From a virus (Duplodnaviria > Caudoviricetes), in IMG/VR virus record IMGVR_UViG_3300018083_000029, positions 1-63,733 of that record: a stretch of 63,733 nucleotides of DNA, one strand, 5' to 3'. Positions 26,162-36,197 of this stretch are shown one piece after another (position 1 is the stretch's first letter; the number at the start of each line of letters is the position of its first letter). The notes beneath the pieces are model-generated. The model made no database searches, was not told where the DNA came from, and was given only the letters and a program-made list of their open reading frames with translations. A program made the translations under genes and the position numbers.

Positions 26162-27950
26162 AGTAGATAAATTTATAAACATGCTCAGTGCCGATAAACC
26201 TCTAGCCCTGGACACGGAAACCAATGGACTTAAATGGTCTAAATGTGGTGTCTGTGGCTATGGAGTGTCAGACGGTATCGACGTGGCCTATGTTCCTGTA
26301 CGGCATGGGGGCGGGGATAACATTAATGATCCTGTGGCTTTCGAGCGATCTGTGGGGCAGATAATAAGCAAGAGGAAAACACCCCTTACGCTCCAGAATG
26401 CTAAGTTTGACAAACATATGTGTTATAACCATGGTATAGAGATAAATAATACTAAAGACACCATGGTAGCTGGCGCGCTATTAAACGAAAACCAATTTTC
26501 TTTTAGTCTGGCCAACCTGTGTAAAAACTACCCAGATATCCCCCAGAAAAAAGGGAAAGACCTCTATGAGTATTTGGCTGGACTATTTAGCGGAAAACCC
26601 GACGCCAAACAAATGGGTAACTATTTTAAGCTCTCTGGTACTGATAACCTTGGCGTTGAGTATGCTTGCGGCGATAATATTAGTACATTTCTCTTAAGCG
26701 AAAAACAAAAGGACCAGTTGTCTATACAAGGGCTCGATAAACTATTTGAATTAGAAAATAAGCTGACCCATGTATTATTTAAAATGGAGCGCAAGGGTAT
26801 TAAAGTAGACTTAGAGCGCTTTGAGGCAGTCAAAAAACAAATAACCGAGCTTCATCTAGAAGCTTACAGAAACATCCCTATAGGTGAAGACTTTGAGGTA
26901 ATAAATGTTAAATCCTCGAAAGACCTCAAGAAATACTTTGAATGGTGTGGGATTAATGAATGGCCGCTCAATGCGCCTACCGATAGATTTCCTGAAGGCT
27001 CCCCAAGTTTCAATAAAAGATTTCTCAAAACAATCAATGAAGGCTTGGTTATTCTTGAAGCACGTAAGTACGACCATCTTATATCTTCTTTTATCGAGCC
27101 TCTTCCTAATCATATACATAACGGCCGTATACACTGTAACTTCAACCAAACAGCCGGTGAATACGGTGGCGCCAAAAGCGGGAGGTTAAGCTCATATGAA
27201 CCTAATATGCAGCAAATCCCTAAGCGTGATAAATTTACAGGGAAAATATTTCGCTCTATGTTTGTTCCTGATAACGACTTCATTTTTGTTGAGTTTGATT
27301 ACTCTCAGTGTGAGCCAAGACTATTTACACATTACTCCCATGAGCCAACGCTCATTGCTGGCTATAATAGCATTCCCTATATTGATATGCACATGGTTGC
27401 TGCTCAGTATATGAATATCAGCCGCGACATAGCCAAGAATTTAAACCTTGGTATGATGTATGTGATGGGGTATCCCTCGCTAGCTGGTCATTTGAACATT
27501 GATGTAAGCGAAGCCAAGTATATGTCTCAGCGCTGGCATAGGACGTTTCCAGAGGTTTCCAAATTCACTAAGGCAGCCGCCAAAAGAGCCGAGGCGAGGG
27601 GGTTCGTTCGGACCATCCTAGGGCGCCGTGCAAGGTTTCCCGACCCGCGTTGGAGCTATAGAGCCGCGAACAGGATCGTACAGGGTGGATCGGCTGATAT
27701 CCTCAAATATAAGATGGTAGAGCTAGATCAATGGCTCACAGATAATAACTATCACGACGTTTGCCAGATGTTATTAAATATCCATGACGCTATCTTGTTC
27801 CAGGTTCACAAAGACCATATGCACCTGCTTAACGATATCGAAAGGATTATGTGCGATGTTAGGGGCGAGCCGTTTAATCTGGAAGTTCCCTTTGCCGTGG
27901 AATACAAACAAGGTGTGACTTGGACAGAGGCTAGCTATGGCACGCACTGA
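26154..27950 (+). CDS. Family A DNA polymerase with 3'-5' exonuclease domain
   Basis: Exo I LALDTETNG, GRLSSYEPNMQQIP, motif A DYSQCEPR, motif B RDIAKNLNLGMMY, motif C IHDA. Confidence 0.93.
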   Translation: MSEVDKFINMLSADKPLALDTETNGLKWSKCGVCGYGVSDGIDVAYVPVRHGGGDNINDPVAFERSVGQIISKRKTPLTLQNAKFDKHMCYNHGIEINNTKDTMVAGALLNENQFSFSLANLCKNYPDIPQKKGKDLYEYLAGLFSGKPDAKQMGNYFKLSGTDNLGVEYACGDNISTFLLSEKQKDQLSIQGLDKLFELENKLTHVLFKMERKGIKVDLERFEAVKKQITELHLEAYRNIPIGEDFEVINVKSSKDLKKYFEWCGINEWPLNAPTDRFPEGSPSFNKRFLKTINEGLVILEARKYDHLISSFIEPLPNHIHNGRIHCNFNQTAGEYGGAKSGRLSSYEPNMQQIPKRDKFTGKIFRSMFVPDNDFIFVEFDYSQCEPRLFTHYSHEPTLIAGYNSIPYIDMHMVAAQYMNISRDIAKNLNLGMMYVMGYPSLAGHLNIDVSEAKYMSQRWHRTFPEVSKFTKAAAKRAEARGFVRTILGRRARFPDPRWSYRAANRIVQGGSADILKYKMVELDQWLTDNNYHDVCQMLLNIHDAILFQVHKDHMHLLNDIERIMCDVRGEPFNLEVPFAVEYKQGVTWTEASYGTH

Positions 27951-28140
27951 GGAGAATAATTGGCTATTGGATAGATTTCCTAGAAGAATATACTGGCGCA
28001 AAGCTAGAGGCTGTTATTTTTGGAAAGATGAAAAGGCGTGTAATTTTCCAGTTTGTTTTTGCTATCCAGAGTGGCAATGGGAGAAAAAACAAAACTGCAA
28101 AGTGGTCAACATAAAGGAGAAACCAAGTGGATCATTTTAG
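27937..28140 (+). CDS. Hypothetical Cys/Trp-rich protein
   Basis: 67 aa, GAGG RBS, overlaps the polymerase stop. Confidence 0.5.
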   Translation: MARTEENNWLLDRFPRRIYWRKARGCYFWKDEKACNFPVCFCYPEWQWEKKQNCKVVNIKEKPSGSF

Positions 28141-28324
28141 ATACATAGACACAATCAGGCGTCCAGACGGAACTCTCAGACCATGGCGCGAACATGATGT
28201 GCTAGCCCGCAGTGAAGACTATTATAACGGGGTGCGCAGAGACGAATATTCGTATAGAGCCGAAGCAACTAGAATTAAAAAAATGGAATACGCTGATATG
28301 TATTGGGTAAGGAAATCAAAATGA
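28127..28324 (+). CDS. Hypothetical protein
   Basis: AAGGAG RBS, GTG start, 65 aa. Confidence 0.55.
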   Translation: MDHFRYIDTIRRPDGTLRPWREHDVLARSEDYYNGVRRDEYSYRAEATRIKKMEYADMYWVRKSK

Positions 28325-28875
28325 AAGATGAAGCAGCATTTAAACGCCATTTCAAAAAAAGCGTAACTGCCCAAGGCGGTTTCAGTATAAGTCTGAGTGC
28401 CCCAATGTTAGCGGGCATACCTGACTTATATTGTGTACTGCCAGGGTTCGCTCCTGTGCTCTTAGAAGCTAAATGGATGAAGGAGATAAATAATAAAACA
28501 GATAGACAAATACCCATAACTAAAATACAGAAACACTACCTAGAAAACTGTAATAAAATATACCCTGGCATAGCTTGGTGCTTGGTTGGATATCAGTGTA
28601 ACACCTCTTACTATGCTGGATTATTTGACACTGAAGATAGAATTACAACCGGCACAAAAACAACTGTTAGAATATCCAAGCACTCAGAGTTATGGGACGT
28701 TAAAAGGCTTTTCGAGTTGTATGTGCCCAAAATGAACTATGTTTACCAGAAAGAAAGCTGGACAGACCCGTATAATTGTGCTAGCGTCTCATTTCCTGCT
28801 ACAACTAAAGTAGCGATAAATAGGATTGAGGGCATAGAAAATGTCAAGCTGGCCGTTCCCCCACATAGAACCTAG
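28321..28875 (+). CDS. PD-(D/E)xK nuclease (VRR-NUC / Holliday junction resolvase-like)
   Basis: MKDEAAF...GIPDLY...LLEAK...ITKIQ motif order. Confidence 0.75.
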   Translation: MKDEAAFKRHFKKSVTAQGGFSISLSAPMLAGIPDLYCVLPGFAPVLLEAKWMKEINNKTDRQIPITKIQKHYLENCNKIYPGIAWCLVGYQCNTSYYAGLFDTEDRITTGTKTTVRISKHSELWDVKRLFELYVPKMNYVYQKESWTDPYNCASVSFPATTKVAINRIEGIENVKLAVPPHRT

Positions 28876-30280
28876 GCAAGTTCAAATTGAAGCTCTGGCC
28901 AAAGGATATGGCAAACAAGGCTTTGCCTATTTCCTACGCCAACGTTTGGGCAAGACCTTTATCGCTTGTGCTGAGTTCGCCAAGCTACAACAGGATGGCT
29001 TAGCTGATTGGTTCTTGGTTATTTGCCCGAACTCTCTCAAAGAACAATGGCGCGAGCAGATAGAAATAGCTGATCCGTTTATGCCTATCTGTATCTATCG
29101 CAGCCAAAGCAAAAAGACGGTAGACTATTTCTTCTCCAAGAACAAAAAAGGTGGTGCGCTTATCATTAACTATGAGAGCGTTGACGCCTTTATGAAGGAA
29201 CTCTATTGGCAGAAGTTCGACACAATCAAAACGTATGTGGTGGCAGATGAGAGTACAAAACTCAAAGAACCAGGAAATAAGCTTACAAAAGCTTGTGTTG
29301 AGTTGGCTCAGTTATGCTCTTTTCGTCGTGTCCTTACTGGCAAGCCTATCGCTAATTCTAATGCTGATATGTGGGGACAGCTTAAATTTATTAATGCTAC
29401 CAGTCGTAATTTCTATCAACATAAGTATTATTTTACTATTATGGGGGGTTTTCAAGGCCGAACGATTGTAGACAACGTGAACACTCACATTCTACAGCGT
29501 GAAATAGAGCCCCATAGTTACATAGCTCCTGATAAGTACATCAAGGGCTTCGAGAAAGTCTATGAACCTCTTAGGCGAGTGGAGCTAACCAATGACCTAC
29601 GAACTCTCTATAGAGAAATGGAAACAGCTTTGTTATTTGAGCTCAGTGAAGGGCTTGAAATTACAGCGCCTATTGCCCTTACTAAGTATCTGCGGCTTCA
29701 ACAAATCAGTTCCGGTATTGCTGGGGACCCCGACGGGGTGCAGCACAATCTTATTGAGCCTGCAAGAAATCCAAAAATCAAAGCAGTTCTTGGTATCCTC
29801 GAAGATGAAATCTCCAATAAATGTATCATCGTTTGTCGTTTCAAACGATCAATAGATAATCTATTAGAGGTGCTGACAGACAATGGCTATAAGTGCGCTA
29901 TTATGCGCGGGGGCATGGGCAAAGAACTAGAAGAAGAAAAGAAGCGCTTCACAGACGGTGACTGTAATATTCTCATAGCACAAGAGCAAGTGCTAAACTT
30001 TGGACACACTCTACATGGGCCAGATGATAACCCATGTGATAGTATGATCTTCTATGAGAACAGTTTCTCTCTAATCAACAGGGCTCAATGTGAAAGTAGA
30101 CCTGAGAAGTATCAAAGAGAAATGCCTATTTCGTATTATGATCTGTATAGCTCCAAAATGGATCGCTATATCCTGGAAGCGCTCATTAAAAAAGAGGACG
30201 CGTCGCTCGCGTTAATGAACTATCAGCGCTCTAGCGGAATATTAAACAATACTAACTTCAACCAGGATGACGCAGCTTAA
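28841..30280 (+). CDS. SNF2-like superfamily 2 helicase
   Basis: RLGKT, VICPNSLKEQW, IINYES, VVADEST, LTGKPIAN, LRLQQISSG, motif VI-like QCESRPEK. Confidence 0.85.
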   Translation: MSSWPFPHIEPRQVQIEALAKGYGKQGFAYFLRQRLGKTFIACAEFAKLQQDGLADWFLVICPNSLKEQWREQIEIADPFMPICIYRSQSKKTVDYFFSKNKKGGALIINYESVDAFMKELYWQKFDTIKTYVVADESTKLKEPGNKLTKACVELAQLCSFRRVLTGKPIANSNADMWGQLKFINATSRNFYQHKYYFTIMGGFQGRTIVDNVNTHILQREIEPHSYIAPDKYIKGFEKVYEPLRRVELTNDLRTLYREMETALLFELSEGLEITAPIALTKYLRLQQISSGIAGDPDGVQHNLIEPARNPKIKAVLGILEDEISNKCIIVCRFKRSIDNLLEVLTDNGYKCAIMRGGMGKELEEEKKRFTDGDCNILIAQEQVLNFGHTLHGPDDNPCDSMIFYENSFSLINRAQCESRPEKYQREMPISYYDLYSSKMDRYILEALIKKEDASLALMNYQRSSGILNNTNFNQDDAA

Positions 30281-30360
30281 AAATTATTAGACTATAGACC
30301 TGTTGTACCCCAGACCTTAAAAGTCTGGGGCATTCTTTTGTCCCAAGCAACAGGTGAACA

Positions 30361-31587
30361 ATGTCTGATTTAATTCCTGCGCCGTTAGTCACCATGCGCG
30401 AAATTACTGGTACTCTAGAGGAGCCCGGCGCCAGCGACAATCCAATTATAATGAAATGGGCTGACGCAATAGCTTTGCGTTTCCCGGAAATGAAGCTCTA
30501 CTGCGCGCAGTACACTCACGATAGCATTCCGTGGTGCGGCTTATGTGTTGCTTATGTCATGGCTCGCAATGGTATCAGACCCATATTTGGGCCTACTGAC
30601 ACAGATAAATTTTTATGGGCGAGAGCTTGGGAGAAATTCGGAACTCGCACAGAGGAACCCCAATTAGGAGACGTATTAGTATTTCAGGGACACGTATCAC
30701 TATTTGATGGCCAAGAGGGAGATTATTATTTATGTCGTGGTGGCAATCAATCTGACGCTGTAAAAGTATCTAAGTACCATAAAAGCTCTGTTATAGCTAT
30801 TAGACGTCCACCTGAGTCCACAGCCACTACACCACAAGCTGCTGTGATCCCAATTGACAAAACAAAGAGATTTACGTCTATCACTGCCACTGTGTTTGGT
30901 GGCAAAGAGGACATAAACGAAAGTGCCTATGATGGTCACGAGATTACTGACGAAGAATTTGGTGTAGCTTTACCCGCACGCTTCAGCGGGGTAAAACCTA
31001 GAGTGAGGGTATTCCGTGGCGACCGTTCGGTGGATTGCAATATTGTTGACGTTGGCCCATGGAACACTAATGATAAATATTGGGAAACCAACAGTAGACC
31101 ACAAGCTGAATCCGGCAAAGACCTTACGGGGCGACCTACCAATAAATCGGGTATTGATTTAACTCCAGCCGCCGCCTTAGCTCTTGAGCTTAATGGTAAG
31201 GGTTTGGTTGATTGGATGTTTATTCCTACAACTGTAGCCAATAACGCGAGAGTTGAGAAGATTGTCAGAGATTCATCCAAGAAAATGAGGTTATTCGCAT
31301 CTATTAGAAATTGGATGAAAGGTGGCATTGCTACAGGTGCAGGGCTGGCTACAGCTGACAATTTTGGATTATTTAATTCTTGGTTAGATATAGGAAACGG
31401 CAAAATACCCATAATAACACTTGCATTACTTGGAGCTGGTGGTGTTGGAGTATGGTGGTTAATTAATTCTCTCGATAAAATGTCAATGGATGATTACAAA
31501 GCTGGGCGTTGGATGCCTAGTGAATTATCCGAGGACAATAAAATAACCCAACCGGAAACGACTGGCGATGATACAGAGCCTCGTTGA
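30361..31587 (+). CDS. Modular endolysin: NlpC/P60-like (TIGR02594-type) peptidase + RlpA-like DPBB domain + C-terminal hydrophobic segments
   Basis: PWCGLCV...GHVSLF...GGNQSDAV; ATVFGG...VDVGPWN...IDLTPAAA; hydrophobic IPIITLALLGAGGVGVWWLI. Confidence 0.8.
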   Translation: MSDLIPAPLVTMREITGTLEEPGASDNPIIMKWADAIALRFPEMKLYCAQYTHDSIPWCGLCVAYVMARNGIRPIFGPTDTDKFLWARAWEKFGTRTEEPQLGDVLVFQGHVSLFDGQEGDYYLCRGGNQSDAVKVSKYHKSSVIAIRRPPESTATTPQAAVIPIDKTKRFTSITATVFGGKEDINESAYDGHEITDEEFGVALPARFSGVKPRVRVFRGDRSVDCNIVDVGPWNTNDKYWETNSRPQAESGKDLTGRPTNKSGIDLTPAAALALELNGKGLVDWMFIPTTVANNARVEKIVRDSSKKMRLFASIRNWMKGGIATGAGLATADNFGLFNSWLDIGNGKIPIITLALLGAGGVGVWWLINSLDKMSMDDYKAGRWMPSELSEDNKITQPETTGDDTEPR

Positions 31588-32005
31588 TAATTGGCTTGGT
31601 TGGCTAGGATTGGGGGCAACAACTGCACTTGGAGTTGCAGCTGTGCTTCCTTTCCTGTCTTGGATTCCAGGCGTCAGTATAGTTCTTAGAATTGGCACCG
31701 CGATATTTGAAATAATGTCGCCTATCCTACAAGGGATAATGGCTGGTCTTGTATGGCTCTGGAGTAATGTAATCTGGCCAGGGTTGCTAGATATAGCGGA
31801 CAGTGTCTCTACTATATGTACAGTGTTAATTCTCATGGGTGGAATATTTTTATATACGAAATTCAACCACGACATTGAGATCAGAAACCTGCGTCGGGAG
31901 TTAATCTCCACACAAGTTGCAGTTAGAACCCGGAGGGATGAGATCGAGCCAACCGAGCAAGAGCCCCAAATAGGGCTCTGGAAATTGCTTCCCTGGAACT
32001 GGTAG
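31568..32005 (+). CDS. Multi-pass membrane lysis protein (holin/spanin-like)
   Basis: Several hydrophobic helices; overlaps the endolysin stop. Confidence 0.55.
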   Translation: MIQSLVDNWLGWLGLGATTALGVAAVLPFLSWIPGVSIVLRIGTAIFEIMSPILQGIMAGLVWLWSNVIWPGLLDIADSVSTICTVLILMGGIFLYTKFNHDIEIRNLRRELISTQVAVRTRRDEIEPTEQEPQIGLWKLLPWNW

Positions 32006-32068
32006 GCCGTGGTACTCTCAGGGCTCAAAACCGCGCCAGCGAGCCCGCTAGGCGCCTCTGGGGGCACC

Positions 32069-32287
32069 ATGGAAACGATAGACGAGCTAAAGGCAGCGAT
32101 TGCCAAGAGCAAGGAAGACGCTGATAATATACGCAAGCACCTACACAGAATAGAGAAAGAATATTCGGATTGGGAAGATAGAGTGTGGCAGATAGAAATG
32201 GCTGTAGCAGAAGCCGAGAAAATAACGGGGCTCACCAAAGAAGAAATAATGGCGCCTAAAGATCCATTTGAAGGATTGTTCGAGTGA
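32069..32287 (+). CDS. Hypothetical coiled-coil protein
   Basis: 72 aa from ATG 32069. Confidence 0.55.
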   Translation: METIDELKAAIAKSKEDADNIRKHLHRIEKEYSDWEDRVWQIEMAVAEAEKITGLTKEEIMAPKDPFEGLFE

Positions 32288-32589
32288 TGACCATTGACTT
32301 ACATATTCTAGTGAGCATCGTTCAATTATTCTTGATAGCCATTGGTGGTATTGGTACAGTTTGGACATTAAAGTCTAAGCTAGATTTGTTAATCCAAGAG
32401 ACTTCTATTAAACATATAGCTAACGTAGAGAGATTTAAAGATATAGAGGATAAATTAGATACTCTGTCACACACAGCTGTTGAGATTGTAAAGCAAGAAG
32501 CTAGAATGAATAGTATAGATATTAGATTGCAAGAATTATCCAATAGGTTAGTAAGTGGTTTTAAGCGGCGCCCGACCTCTAGAGCTTAA
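32284..32589 (+). CDS. Single-TM coiled-coil protein (holin-like)
   Basis: N-terminal TM helix followed by a coiled coil, end of the lysis module. Confidence 0.55.
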   Translation: MMTIDLHILVSIVQLFLIAIGGIGTVWTLKSKLDLLIQETSIKHIANVERFKDIEDKLDTLSHTAVEIVKQEARMNSIDIRLQELSNRLVSGFKRRPTSRA

Positions 32590-33019
32590 TATAAGTAATT
32601 TGTCCCTCCATTATATCAATAGTCTGCCACAAAAAACCATGTTTCTTAAAGAAGTTAATTGACTTATAGTTGTTAGGGTTGATATTAGCTTTAAAAATAC
32701 AGTCTGGGTACTCTTTTATTATAGTCTTTAAAGATTCTCCCCCATATCCTTTATTGTGATGTTCGTTTAATATAAATAATCCAATCTCATCAGTCTTAGA
32801 TATGTATATACTCCCCACCCGCATCATTCCATCATAAATAATAAACCATTCTTTATATGGTTTTAGCAGTACAAACTTCTCGTGATTAGCATAAGTGGGC
32901 ATCTTTTTATGCGATATAGACTGATGCGGCAGACGCTCGCCCAAGAGCCTATATAAAAACCTACAGTGTGAGTGTAGCACATTTGAGTCATCTGAGTACA
33001 CTGACGCTAATATAACCAT
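32579..33019 (-). CDS. pseH: GNAT N-acetyltransferase, PseH-like
   Basis: ISHKKMPTYANHEKF, EIGLFI...NKGYG, ANINPNNYKSINFFKKHGF; last gene of the sugar cluster. Confidence 0.7.
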   Translation of the reverse strand: MVILASVYSDDSNVLHSHCRFLYRLLGERLPHQSISHKKMPTYANHEKFVLLKPYKEWFIIYDGMMRVGSIYISKTDEIGLFILNEHHNKGYGGESLKTIIKEYPDCIFKANINPNNYKSINFFKKHGFLWQTIDIMEGQITYIKL

Positions 33020-33020
33020 T

Positions 33021-33638
33021 TTAATGAGCCTTCTTAAAGAGCCAATAAGTTAGATTATCCAACCCTGTGACGCGCTTCCAAAAGAAACCATAATTTAGGC
33101 ATTGAAGCGGGAAATTATCTAAATACCAGCTACCAAAGTCCCGCATATAGAGCGCTTCATTCTGGCCTCTATATGGCTTAGTCTCGGGTTCTGGCCGAAA
33201 ATACTCTACACAGAAGACATATTTATTAGATAGCCTATAAATCTCCTTAGTGGTCTTTAATAAATCATCAGGGTGTACATGAATTAACACACCAGAAGTG
33301 AATACCATATCATATTTTTGTATTACGCTCTCTGTGCTGGGGTATATATCTGTAGCTATGTTTTGATCTAATAATCTTAACCTAGCTCTCTCATTAATTT
33401 CTACTGCGCCTATTAATACCTTCTCCTTTGCTATTTTATAGAGCGTATCTATGGCTTGGAGATTAATACCGTTGCCCGCGCCAACTTCCAAGATAGAGTG
33501 CGGTATGTCAGGGCCAAAAGTGTTTAATACAGTAGACCAAAACATAGTCCTGTGTTTTAAGTCTTGGTCAGTGATAGCGTTCCTCGCTGTGTAATCATCC
33601 CCAAACTGCCCTTCCCATAGTTCTTTTTGTTTGGTCAT
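33021..33638 (-). CDS. Pseudaminic acid biosynthesis-associated SAM methyltransferase
   Basis: QKELWEGQFGDDYTARN, SILEVGAGNGINL, VFTSGVLIHVHPDDL, YRGQNEALYMRDFG match the TIGR03587-type family. Confidence 0.85.
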   Translation of the reverse strand: MTKQKELWEGQFGDDYTARNAITDQDLKHRTMFWSTVLNTFGPDIPHSILEVGAGNGINLQAIDTLYKIAKEKVLIGAVEINERARLRLLDQNIATDIYPSTESVIQKYDMVFTSGVLIHVHPDDLLKTTKEIYRLSNKYVFCVEYFRPEPETKPYRGQNEALYMRDFGSWYLDNFPLQCLNYGFFWKRVTGLDNLTYWLFKKAH

Positions 33639-34363
33639 ACTGACACCTTTATGGGCTGCATTTTTATCGGCTCATGGCCCCACTTCCAGTCTGCGCTTAG
33701 TTTCTCTATTCGCTCTATATCCTCTGGATTGTCAACACAGAGATCAAGGTGTGATTTATTTTTATGCTGGGCGACACAAGCAGTATTTAATTTACTTAGG
33801 TTTTCAACCATCCAAGTTGTAACGTGCTCTTTTTGCTCGTCAGTGGTAGCTAACTGAAACGCTGCATCTAAACAATCATAAGTAAACGCTTCTGTATCAT
33901 AGCCTTTGGGGTATGTTCGCTTTGGATAACAGTTAGAGCAGTAATCTAATTTACGCCAAAGAAGCAGCTGTAGCACTTCACTGCTAACATAGGGGTTAAA
34001 ATATGGACAATCAGCAGTAATACGAAGAATAATATCCAAGTTAAAGCACCGAGCAGCAGAATGATATCGGGCCAACACATCGTTCTCATCGCCACAAAAA
34101 TTCTTAACACCTAGTTTCTCCGCTAGCTGGATCATAGGCTCACTGTCTTCTGTGTCGGGGACAGCGACTATGACATAATCTATGGGTATACCCTTCTCGC
34201 CTCTTATTTGCAGGGCGCGCTCTATGACGTGCTGAAGCACTGGTTTACCATTGAGCAAAGCCATGGATTTGCCAGGGAATCTTACACTAGTCATTCTCGC
34301 CTGGATAACCACACCTATTATTTGTTTCTTTTTGCGGGGGAGATATTTGATAACGTTATTCAT
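33635..34363 (-). CDS. Acylneuraminate cytidylyltransferase (SpsF/PseF-like CMP-nonulosonate synthetase)
   Basis: IQARMTSVRFPGK, GDENDVLARY, RITADCP, EHVT, LCVDNPED. Confidence 0.85.
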   Translation of the reverse strand: MNNVIKYLPRKKKQIIGVVIQARMTSVRFPGKSMALLNGKPVLQHVIERALQIRGEKGIPIDYVIVAVPDTEDSEPMIQLAEKLGVKNFCGDENDVLARYHSAARCFNLDIILRITADCPYFNPYVSSEVLQLLLWRKLDYCSNCYPKRTYPKGYDTEAFTYDCLDAAFQLATTDEQKEHVTTWMVENLSKLNTACVAQHKNKSHLDLCVDNPEDIERIEKLSADWKWGHEPIKMQPIKVSV

Positions 34364-35073
34364 TCTATCCTCATATCAAAACCCTTGGATTTAAGATACT
34401 TCGCACAAGCTCTTGGGGTGATATCTTTATATAGGAACATTGAGCCCGCAGCGACAGCGTGCGCACCGTGTTTGAGTGCTTTCTCCATGTCTTCAGGGCC
34501 AGAGCACCCACCATTGACTATAACAGGGATATCCAGCGTATCACAAAGATAATAGAGTATATCTGTGTTGTACCCCTCCATAGTGCCGTCTTTACTCATG
34601 TCTGTTAATAGTATTTCTCCGGCCCCACTTCGTTCCAAACCTTTTGCATGTGTAATATAATCAATATATACATAGCCGGGATGTATATCTATAACAGAGA
34701 CAATAGCTTGACTGCCAAATTTTATGGCTGCTTTTTCCACTAACCAGTAGTTTGTCTTAATAGCTACTTTGTCAGCACCAGCAGAAAGGAGAGTATTAAT
34801 ATCACCCAAAGACCTAATACCGCCCCCGAGAGTAACAGGACAATAAAGCTCTTTAGTGTAATCTCTAATGCGTTCTGCATCTATTAATCTCCCTTCGTTA
34901 GTAGCTTCTATATCAAGGATAATAAGCTCATCTATGTTGCGCCGCTCCATTACCCTTATGTGCTGCATAAGCGAGCCTACGGTCCTATATGGCCGCTCAA
35001 ACTTTACAGGTTTGACCACGTTGCCTTTGCCGTCAGTTAATAATATAGGGATTATTCTGGTTTTGAGGGTCAC
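34360..35073 (-). CDS. HisF-like glycosyl amidation-associated protein (WbuZ-like)
   Basis: LKTRIIPILL, DELIILDI, PVTLGGGIRS, GADKV, GAGEILLTDMSKDGTMEGY; adjacent to a WbuX-like gene. Confidence 0.85.
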   Translation of the reverse strand: MTLKTRIIPILLTDGKGNVVKPVKFERPYRTVGSLMQHIRVMERRNIDELIILDIEATNEGRLIDAERIRDYTKELYCPVTLGGGIRSLGDINTLLSAGADKVAIKTNYWLVEKAAIKFGSQAIVSVIDIHPGYVYIDYITHAKGLERSGAGEILLTDMSKDGTMEGYNTDILYYLCDTLDIPVIVNGGCSGPEDMEKALKHGAHAVAAGSMFLYKDITPRACAKYLKSKGFDMRIE

Positions 35074-36197
35074 AATAATCCTTTCCCTATTTCAAACTTG
35101 GGCATAGGTAAGTCCGTGTGGTTCCCAAAGGTAAACAGCTCTTTGTTTGTGAATCTCTTTATTACTTCTATATATTCTTCTATCGTACAATTAACTTGTC
35201 CGAGTATTTCTTCAAGACTGACTCCGAGATATGTACGTGGATACTGGCCGTCCCATGTGGCACAATGAGAGATACCCTCTGCTCTAGTAATTCTTTTCCG
35301 ACGAATGTGATTGTTAACGAGGTCAGTTGCTCTACCAAATCCGTATTTAACATATTTAAGATAATCTCTGAGCCCGGTCTGAAGGTTGTCAAGATTTTCA
35401 TAACCGTATCCGATCCCTTCGACGGGCTTTTCACTCCATCTGAATCCATGTTTCTGTGCCTCTACAGCGTTTTGATATCCATCCCAAGGAAAATAATATC
35501 CTAGAAATACTCCAGTAGGGTTCTTAAGCGCTCCACCATTGGGATATTTGTAAAAGTGTGCGCTGTCTTCCGGCAACAACCCTTGCTCTATGAGGTCACT
35601 TACCCGTAGGCCATTTAAACCGCCAAATTCGCTTAACCAGCGCTCGTTTAGGTTCCTGCTGGTCTGAGCAGCGGCGGGGCCACCGTACTCTGCTTGCGGG
35701 TTTTCGCCCCAGAGAACCATGGGCACGCTTAGCTTATGCGCAACATGAATTGGAACAGTAAATATAGTAACGTGTTCGGCATAAGAAATGTCGCCAATTT
35801 CCAACAATGCATGTTTAGCGATTCCATTTCTGACTCTGGAGTCCACAGATATAGAAATAACATCACAGCCAAGACGACTAATATTAGTAAGATTACGCTG
35901 CCCGAGGCTAGACAGAGAATCTGTAGTTGCGTTAACAGCCAGAACTTTAAGTCCATATTCTTTCGCCTTTATAATTTGGTAGTGGCTGTCTTTACCGCCA
36001 CTGACCGGGACAATGCAATCGTAGTCAAACTTCATTTGTTTGATTGCAAAGACCAGTTTCTCAAACTCGTTGGCTCGTTCTTTCCAGTCTATCTTATCTC
36101 GCTCTTTGAAAGCGATACAGGCTGCACAGAGTCCCTTCTTATCGAACCATATATCGGGTTTAGTGCTAGGATATAAGCACTCTTTGCAGTATTTCAT
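35070..36197 (-). CDS. N-acetyl sugar amidotransferase (WbuX/PseA-like)
   Basis: MKYCKECLYP..KP, C..C, YDCIVPVSGGKDSHYQ PP-loop, WGENPQAEYGG, YLKYVKYGFGRATD. Confidence 0.9.
   Translation of the reverse strand: MKYCKECLYPSTKPDIWFDKKGLCAACIAFKERDKIDWKERANEFEKLVFAIKQMKFDYDCIVPVSGGKDSHYQIIKAKEYGLKVLAVNATTDSLSSLGQRNLTNISRLGCDVISISVDSRVRNGIAKHALLEIGDISYAEHVTIFTVPIHVAHKLSVPMVLWGENPQAEYGGPAAAQTSRNLNERWLSEFGGLNGLRVSDLIEQGLLPEDSAHFYKYPNGGALKNPTGVFLGYYFPWDGYQNAVEAQKHGFRWSEKPVEGIGYGYENLDNLQTGLRDYLKYVKYGFGRATDLVNNHIRRKRITRAEGISHCATWDGQYPRTYLGVSLEEILGQVNCTIEEYIEVIKRFTNKELFTFGNHTDLPMPKFEIGKGLL

Noticed and set aside
34360-35073. hisF as a histidine biosynthesis auxiliary gene
   Set aside because: No other his genes are present, and it is coupled to a WbuX-like amidotransferase, the usual context of the sugar-amidation paralogue.
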